Source: a virus (lineage: Duplodnaviria > Caudoviricetes). From it: a stretch of DNA of 25,346 nucleotides. Positions 25,000 through 25,346 of this stretch are shown here, in pieces. Numbering within the stretch: the stretch's first letter is position 1; each line of letters opens with the position of its first letter. A program made the position numbers and the translations under genes. The stretch covers positions 1 to 25,346 of the IMG/VR virus record IMGVR_UViG_3300025503_000174. One strand, written 5' to 3'. Under the pieces are notes generated by a model. The model was given only the letters and a program-made list of their open reading frames with translations. It made no database searches and was not told the origin of the DNA.

Positions 25000-25346
25000 G
25001 TGTAGTCCGCGAAAGTCCGGGCGCGGGTTGGGGGGCGCGAACTGGTCATTGGCTGAGGGGGAGAAGTCGACAGGGATGCCCGGCGCCGGTAGCGGCGTCG
25101 TTTTGATGGATGGGTTGTGGTGAGCGGCGGCCAACCGCGCGGTGCGGGCAGGATCCCTCCTCTCACCCTGGAGGGTCAGGCGGCGGGCAGTGCGGTCGTT
25201 TCCCTCGCCTGCCAGCGGATGAAGGCACGGGCGTAGCCGATGAGCGCCTCGAGGAACAGGTCGAAGAAGCGCCGGCCACGGCTCTGGACGCGTGACCCGT
25301 GCTCGATGCCACCGTCGGCCATCGCAGGCTTGTTGACAGCGCGCTC
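25000..25346 (-). mobile_element. Insertion sequence, downstream end (partial)
   Basis: Transposase-like C-terminus, then ~175 nt non-coding, then a candidate terminal repeat GTGTAGTCCGCGAAAGTCC (25000-25018) exactly where tape measure similarity begins. Confidence 0.6.
25176..25346 (-). CDS. DDE transposase C-terminal fragment (5' partial; not in the ORF track)
   Basis: Hand translation ERAVNKPAMADGGIEHGSRVQSRGRRFFDLFLEALIGYARAFIRWQARETTALPAA*; ER..N....G....RV.S pattern resembles the final catalytic-E helix of IS4/IS5-clan transposases. Confidence 0.55.
   Translation of the reverse strand, partial: ERAVNKPAMADGGIEHGSRVQSRGRRFFDLFLEALIGYARAFIRWQARETTALPAA

Larger units (their letters stand above)
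1..25346. mobile_element. Prophage/temperate phage region (contractile-tail, myovirus-like), extends beyond both window edges
   Basis: Tape measure, baseplate J, gp25-like, spike, fibres, endolysin and holin on the - strand; overlapping small phage early genes on the + strand; no integrase or att site visible in the window. Confidence 0.93.

Noticed and set aside
24999-25166. N-terminal 56 aa of the 714-aa tape measure ORF call
   Set aside because: Low-complexity Pro/Arg sequence lying in the non-coding end of the putative IS; not tape-measure-like

Overview
High-GC prophage (or temperate phage) segment with two converging arms. The + strand arm (1-4300) is a run of tightly coupled small early/replication genes: a divergent DNA polymerase III beta-clamp homologue, a MazG-like pyrophosphatase, DUF4406 and a frameshifted YaaL/DUF2508-like gene. 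It is followed by a more AT-rich, convergent type II restriction-modification pair (C5 methyltransferase plus PD-(D/E)xK endonuclease, 4418-6463). The - strand arm (25000 to 7005) is a contractile-tail late operon: tape measure, LysM protein, hub fused to a lytic transglycosylase, spike, gp25-like wedge, baseplate J, wedge, fibres and a TIM-barrel glycoside-hydrolase-like tail protein. It ends in an expanded lysis region: membrane proteins, metallophosphoesterase, DUF1599-DUF2829/Tad2-like fusion, papain-like peptidase, Cys/His-rich protein, GH25-LysM endolysin, holin and terminator. The tape measure gene appears cut at about 25000 by an IS element whose transposase runs off the window. The most unusual signal is a ~97-bp dispersed element in three copies (9982-10078 inverted, 22202-22298, 22927-23023). 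Each copy has an identical 19-mer and a second conserved box separated by exactly 49 variable bases. Two copies bracket the LysM gene and one is read in-frame as the linker of the DUF1599-Tad2-like fusion. Family assignments come from motif recognition only; no searches were run. The YaaL-like gene, LL-H-type holin and strong GGAGG RBSs suggest a high-GC Bacillota host (inference).
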